A stretch of 64,000 bases of DNA from the NCBI GenBank assembly GCA_050115495.1, contig JASFQK010000001.1, positions 64,001 through 128,000 of the forward strand. The letters run 5' to 3'. Of the stretch, positions 59,786-64,000 are shown in pieces. Origin of the DNA: Phycisphaerae bacterium (lineage in GTDB: Bacteria > Planctomycetota > Phycisphaerae > UBA1845 > Fen-1342). Numbering within the stretch: position 1 is the first letter of the stretch; the number at the start of each line of letters is the position of its first letter. The position numbers were made by a program, and so were the translations under genes. The notes beneath the pieces were generated by a model. It was given only the letters and a program-made list of their open reading frames with translations. It was not told where the DNA came from and ran no database searches.

Positions 59786-59828
59786 AACCGCCGATCGCTA
59801 CACCCCTCCAGCGATCGGCGGTTTTCTT
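59786..59828 (+). terminator. Rho-independent terminator closing the hcp unit
   Basis: 14-bp stem AACCGCCGATCGCT/AGCGATCGGCGGTT followed by TTCTT. Confidence 0.75.
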
Positions 59829-59836
59829 ATGCGCCC

Positions 59837-60080
59837 GGTGCCACTGGTGGCTTGTCCACGAGTGCCTCAACCCGTATCTCTCCGCAACTGCCGTTCGCCC
59901 CCACCGAACGCCAATCGGAAATCTCGAATTTCCCCCCGGTCCCCTCAGCCGGCGCCCGCAGCGCAGCTTCCGTCTTCTCCCCCATTCAACCCGCGCAGCG
60001 GGTGCCGGAATCTAGCCCCGGGTGAAACCCGGGGAAGCGCCGCCTCCCCACCCGGGAGCCCGCGCAGCGGGCGGCGGAAC
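59837..60080. repeat. REP-like cluster
   Basis: GGTGCCACTGGTGGCTTGTCCACGAGTG (59837) and an element of about 94 bp (59987-60080) repeated at 63373-63465. Confidence 0.75.
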
Positions 60081-60179
60081 ACATCGCGGCCCGCCAACAG
60101 ACACCCGGCTGCTTGTTCCACCTCTGCTACTCCACGCCCATTCCCGCATAGAATAGCACCAGCCCTTGGGGACGAACCC

Positions 60180-60680
60180 ATGGAATGCAGAACGGACCGA
60201 TCAAAGCAACTTGCCCTCCTCCTCGGCGCATCACTGCTCCTGGCGGCATGCTACGTGTGCGTGTTCGTCAACCGCAAATACGTTCCCATCGTGGTGGGCT
60301 GGTTCGGCTTCGTCTTCTTCGGCTACGTCCTTCTCAGGATTCTCTTCAATCTGCTCCGCCCGACGACGATGGTCATCGTCAACGACGAGGGGATCGAGGA
60401 CCGGCGCTGGGGTATCGGCGTTATCCCCTGGCACGACATCACCGCCATCAGTCTGCGTCGAATCCGATCCTCGATATTCCTCTGCGTGGAGGTGAGCGAC
60501 CCGTCCGAGTACATCAGCCGCATGTCGGCACTCCGCCGTTTCTCCGTCTGGGCCAACGGCCTGCTCGACTTTCCACCCATCACCGTATCCTTCTCCGGCC
60601 TCAGCCCATCCATCCACGAAGCGTGGGACTACATCAGCGCGCATTGCAGGCTACTCGCCGACGAGGACTGTGGACCGTGA
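60180..60680 (+). CDS. STM3941-family-like membrane protein
   Basis: Two N-terminal TMs, then VIVNDEGIEDRRWGIGVIPWHDI...DPSEYISR. Confidence 0.7.
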   Translation: MECRTDRSKQLALLLGASLLLAACYVCVFVNRKYVPIVVGWFGFVFFGYVLLRILFNLLRPTTMVIVNDEGIEDRRWGIGVIPWHDITAISLRRIRSSIFLCVEVSDPSEYISRMSALRRFSVWANGLLDFPPITVSFSGLSPSIHEAWDYISAHCRLLADEDCGP

Positions 60681-61153
60681 CCAAGAGACGACTGCTCGCG
60701 GTAGGCGCCGCTCTCCTCTTCCTCGGCAGCGCGGCGGGTCTCTACCTCACGGCCGACATGCGCCGTCACAACCGATTCCTGGTCGCCCTACAGCGCTCGC
60801 TCGCTGCCCTCCCTCTGCCGGAGGGAACCACCCGACTGGCCGCCGACTCGCGCGTGGGTCTGCTCGCCGGCAATGGCAACCACTGCGACTACATCGTCGC
60901 CGAGGCCCACGCCACGACACAGACGCCCGACCAGATCACGGCGCACTACGCCCACCTCGCCATCCCGAACCCGAACGGGCAGAACAGCTTCAACGTCGAA
61001 ATCGCATTTTTCAGAGACGATGAACCCCCCGACCTCGACGTGCACGCAGCGTTGAACCTGCGCGTCGCCGACCACGCAGACCGAACCCGCTACGTCCTCT
61101 TCATCCGCCTCATCGGCTACGAGGCCTCCGGCCTCGACCCCCGCTGCCACTAA
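60677..61153 (+). CDS. Hypothetical exported protein
   Basis: GTGA start/stop overlap, N-terminal hydrophobic helix, GNGNHCDY, C-terminal DPRCH. Confidence 0.65.
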   Translation: MTKRRLLAVGAALLFLGSAAGLYLTADMRRHNRFLVALQRSLAALPLPEGTTRLAADSRVGLLAGNGNHCDYIVAEAHATTQTPDQITAHYAHLAIPNPNGQNSFNVEIAFFRDDEPPDLDVHAALNLRVADHADRTRYVLFIRLIGYEASGLDPRCH

Positions 61154-61190
61154 ACCCCCGCTCAGCGTGACCCACGGCCGGGCACCGCTG

Positions 61191-61283
61191 GGTGCCACTG
61201 GTGGTCTGCCCACCAGTGTCCCCTACCCTCAACCAGCGCCCGACCTCGCAACTTCTATCTTCTGACTCCTGACTTCTGACTCC
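61191..61283. repeat. REP-like palindrome plus heptamer tandem repeat
   Basis: GGTGCCACTGGTGGTCTGCCCACCAGTG and TTCTGACTCCTGACTTCTGACTCC (also at 63659). Confidence 0.65.
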
Positions 61284-61288
61284 CCTCT

Positions 61289-61720
61289 TCAATCTTCTTC
61301 CGCAAAATCCCGCACCGCCGTCACCGAGCTCCAGATGTACACCACCAGCATGACCGCCGCGCTCGCCCCACCGGCGACCGCCAACCCCGTCGCCAGCGGC
61401 CCCGCCGACTCCAGCGCCATCAGTCCCGCCGCCGAACCCAGCCCCAGCGCCGCCAGCAGCAGCACGCCTGTCGCCACCGCCGCCGGCCCGCGAACCGTTC
61501 GCCCTCGCGGCACCGGCATCACTTGCGCAAACGCCCCCTGCGCCCCCACCATCACCAACTGGCACGCCACGCCCGCCCCCAGCGCCACCATCCCGACAAA
61601 CGCCCACTGCGCCGATTGCAGCCCCGCCGGACAGTAATCCAGCACCGACGTGTACAACGACGCCACCAGCGCCATCCCCAGCAGCACCGGCGAGTAATAC
61701 GCAAAACGGCCCATATCCAT
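61289..61720 (-). CDS. Hypothetical four-TM membrane protein
   Basis: Hydrophobic segments, GAQGAFAQVMPVPRGRTVRG. Confidence 0.65.
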   Translation of the reverse strand: MDMGRFAYYSPVLLGMALVASLYTSVLDYCPAGLQSAQWAFVGMVALGAGVACQLVMVGAQGAFAQVMPVPRGRTVRGPAAVATGVLLLAALGLGSAAGLMALESAGPLATGLAVAGGASAAVMLVVYIWSSVTAVRDFAEED

Positions 61721-61840
61721 CTCCCATACCGCCGACCCCGGCGCAACATCCCGGCGCCGTCGGCGGCGAAGCACCGCACATGGTACCATGCCCCACGGCC
61801 CGCCCGAAACCGGGCCGGCCCAGACGCGGAGTACGCCAGC

Positions 61841-62848
61841 ATGAAACACATCGCGATTGTAGGTGCCACCGGAGCCGTCGGCCGCGAGCTGCTCACCCTG
61901 CTCGCCGAACGCGCCTTCCCGGCCGCCTCCTGTCGCCTGTTCGCCTCCGCCCGCTCCGCCGGCCAGCAGCTCCCCGGCCCCACCGGACCACTCACCGTCG
62001 AAGAGCTCGGCCCCGACGCCTTCGCCGGCGTCGATATCGCGTTATTCTCAGCAGGCGGCGCCATTAGCCGCCAATTCGCGCCAATCGCCCAGGCCGCCGG
62101 CACCCTCGTCATCGACAACTCCTCCGCCTTCCGCCTCGTCGCCGGCGTGCCGCTCGTCATCCCCGAAATCAACGGCCACACCGCCCGCCAGCACCACGGC
62201 CTCATCGCCAACCCCAACTGTTCGGCCATTATCCTGACCATGGCCCTCTGGCCACTGCACCAGCTCTGCTCCATCCGCCGCATCGTCGTCGCCACGTATC
62301 AGGCCGTCAGCGGCGCCGGCGCCCGTGCCCTCGCCGAACTCGAAACGCAAACCCGTGCCGTCCTCGCCGGCGAGCCCGCCGCACCGTCCGTCTTCCCCGT
62401 CCCTTGCGCGTTCAACGTCTTCAGCCATAACACCCCCATCGCCGAGGACGGCTACAACATCGAGGAGCGCAAGGTCATCGCCGAGACGCGCCACATCCTC
62501 GGCGCCCCCGACCTCGCCATCGCCCCGACGTGCATGCGCGTCCCCGTTCGGCGGGCGCACACGGAGGCCGTCAGCATAGAATTCACCGCTCCCGTCACCG
62601 AGGACCAGGCCCGCGCCGCCCTCAACGCCGCCGCCGGCGTAACCGTGGTCGACGACCGCGACAATAACCGCTTTCCCACGCCACTGGACGCCAGTGGACG
62701 CGATGACGTGCTCGTCGGCCGTATCCGCCGCGACCCGAGCGTCGCCGACGGCCGCGGCCTCCAACTGGTCTGTTGTGGCGACCAGCTCCGCAAAGGCGCC
62801 GCCCTCAACGCCCTCCAGATCGCCGAACTCCTGATGACCGGAGAATGA
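61841..62848 (+). CDS. asd: Aspartate-semialdehyde dehydrogenase
   Basis: VGATGAVG, IDNSSAFR, ANPNCS, TYQAVSGAG, CMRVPV, DQLRKGAALNA. Confidence 0.96.
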   Translation: MKHIAIVGATGAVGRELLTLLAERAFPAASCRLFASARSAGQQLPGPTGPLTVEELGPDAFAGVDIALFSAGGAISRQFAPIAQAAGTLVIDNSSAFRLVAGVPLVIPEINGHTARQHHGLIANPNCSAIILTMALWPLHQLCSIRRIVVATYQAVSGAGARALAELETQTRAVLAGEPAAPSVFPVPCAFNVFSHNTPIAEDGYNIEERKVIAETRHILGAPDLAIAPTCMRVPVRRAHTEAVSIEFTAPVTEDQARAALNAAAGVTVVDDRDNNRFPTPLDASGRDDVLVGRIRRDPSVADGRGLQLVCCGDQLRKGAALNALQIAELLMTGE

Positions 62849-62850
62849 CC

Positions 62851-63384
62851 ATGTCCTTCGGCTGGCCCGGCGAAAAGATCCAGCTCGTCCCGCTCGAACG
62901 CGGCAAGCACTTCGACAACTGCGTACGCTGGCTCAACGATCCGCAGATCACGCAGTGGCTGCTCGTCGGCGACTTTCCCATCACGCGACTGGCGGAGAAG
63001 GAGTTCTTCGACCGCGCCGCCCGCGAGAACGACAAGCTCGTCGCCTTCGCCATCGAGACACTCGAAGAGGAGCACATCGGCATCTGCGGCCTGAGCGACA
63101 TCGACTTCCGCCACGGCACGGCCACCGTCGGCCTCGTTATCGGCCGCGAGAAGCTCTGGAACCACGGCCACGGCACCGACACCATCCGCACGCTGACCGA
63201 CTACGCCACGCGCGTCCTCGGCCTGCGCCTCCTCTTGGCGGAGGTCTTCGCCGAAAACGACCCCTCCCGCCGCGTCTTCGAGAAGTGCGCCTACGAGCAG
63301 GTCGGCCGCATCCCTCAGCGCTGGTGGAAGCGCGGCGCCCACCGCGACATCCTCCTCTATGCCACCCACCGCCAACCCGCATAG
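62851..63384 (+). CDS. GNAT N-acetyltransferase (RimJ/RimL-like)
   Basis: WLNDP, HIGICGL, IGREKLWNHGHGT, ENDPSRRVFEKCAY. Confidence 0.88.
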   Translation: MSFGWPGEKIQLVPLERGKHFDNCVRWLNDPQITQWLLVGDFPITRLAEKEFFDRAARENDKLVAFAIETLEEEHIGICGLSDIDFRHGTATVGLVIGREKLWNHGHGTDTIRTLTDYATRVLGLRLLLAEVFAENDPSRRVFEKCAYEQVGRIPQRWWKRGAHRDILLYATHRQPA

Positions 63385-63682
63385 CGGGCGCCGGAATCTA
63401 GCCCCGGGTGCAACCCGGGGAAAACACCGCCCCCTCCCTCAAGCCCGCGAAGCGGGCGGCGGAACGCTTCCACGAACCAAACACCCTCAAACCACCCGCT
63501 CGCTACCGCTCGGGGCTCGAACAGACAGCGCGCCCCGCGCGTAGCGTCGGCCCCCTGTGGCCGACGTCGAACACCGAACAGATCGTCCCCCCGCGCTCAA
63601 TCTGAAATCTCAAATCTGACATCCCCAATCTCCCCCAACCCGCCCGCGTCCCCGCGACTTCTGACTCCTGACTTCTGACTCC
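63373..63682. repeat. Mosaic cluster of REP-like elements and heptamer repeats
   Basis: Copies of the 59987, 44221 and 44085 elements, plus AATCTGA/AATCTCA and TTCTGAC/TCCTGAC heptamers. Confidence 0.75.
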
Positions 63683-63756
63683 TCTCTTCCGCCCCGCCAA
63701 CTCCCCCGGTACATTCACACACCGACCGCCACCCAACCGAGGAGATTCCGCAACCC

Positions 63757-64000
63757 ATGCCCTTGCCGCGACTACTCGCCGACCTCGAACCCGCTCCCGG
63801 CCTCATCAAAGAGGACTACGAGGACTTTCTGGTCGAGGAAATCCCGCTTTACCCCATGGATGAACGCGGCACGCACACGTTCTTCCTCATCGAGAAAGCC
63901 GGCCTGACGACCCTCCAGGCCGTCGCCGACCTCGCCCGGGCCCTCAACGTCCGGCGGCAGGCCATCGGCTTCGCCGGCATGAAGGACGCCCGGGCAGTCA
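63757..64000 (+). CDS. truD: tRNA pseudouridine(13) synthase, 5' part (runs off the window)
   Basis: Read directly: MPLPRLL...IKEDYEDFLVEE...IEKAGLTT...IGFAGMKDARAV. Confidence 0.9.
   Translation, partial: MPLPRLLADLEPAPGLIKEDYEDFLVEEIPLYPMDERGTHTFFLIEKAGLTTLQAVADLARALNVRRQAIGFAGMKDARAV

Noticed and set aside
59837..63682. Repeats as a CRISPR array or attC sites
   Set aside because: They are dispersed with no regular spacer period, and no cas or intI gene is present.

Overview
High-GC bacterial chromosomal window. The gene content points to Planctomycetota, class Phycisphaerae (inference): GPTATEY-type Flp pilin, DUF1559/H-X9-DG-like prepilins, a zinc-finger Ser/Thr kinase, and a gap-pgk-rpe-phosphatase-accD block. 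Housekeeping genes include gap, pgk, rpe, accD, thi4, hmgA, an aroD-aroE fusion, cobB, mqnE, xerD, nrnA, asd and a partial truD. Larger systems are a PAS hybrid kinase with a NarL-type regulator, a Tad/Flp pilus cluster followed by a Cys-rich DUF1573-DUF1573-rhodanese-MauE block, an RloAB/AbiL-like defence pair, and a stand-alone type VI secretion sheath/tube module (tssB-tssC-hcp plus a small ORF) with a sigma54-like promoter. The most unusual signal is at the left end: two tiny ORFs share the motif ELLxxL[TS]QxC[DE]YVxLGVE, conserved through synonymous codon changes. Each is followed by a small membrane ORF, and they converge on a kinase with an inverted kinase-TM-CHASE2 layout. Several REP-like palindrome families and heptamer repeats sit in the intergenic regions. 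No tRNA, rRNA, CRISPR array or transposase was recognised. All calls come from reading motifs by eye; no database searches were run.
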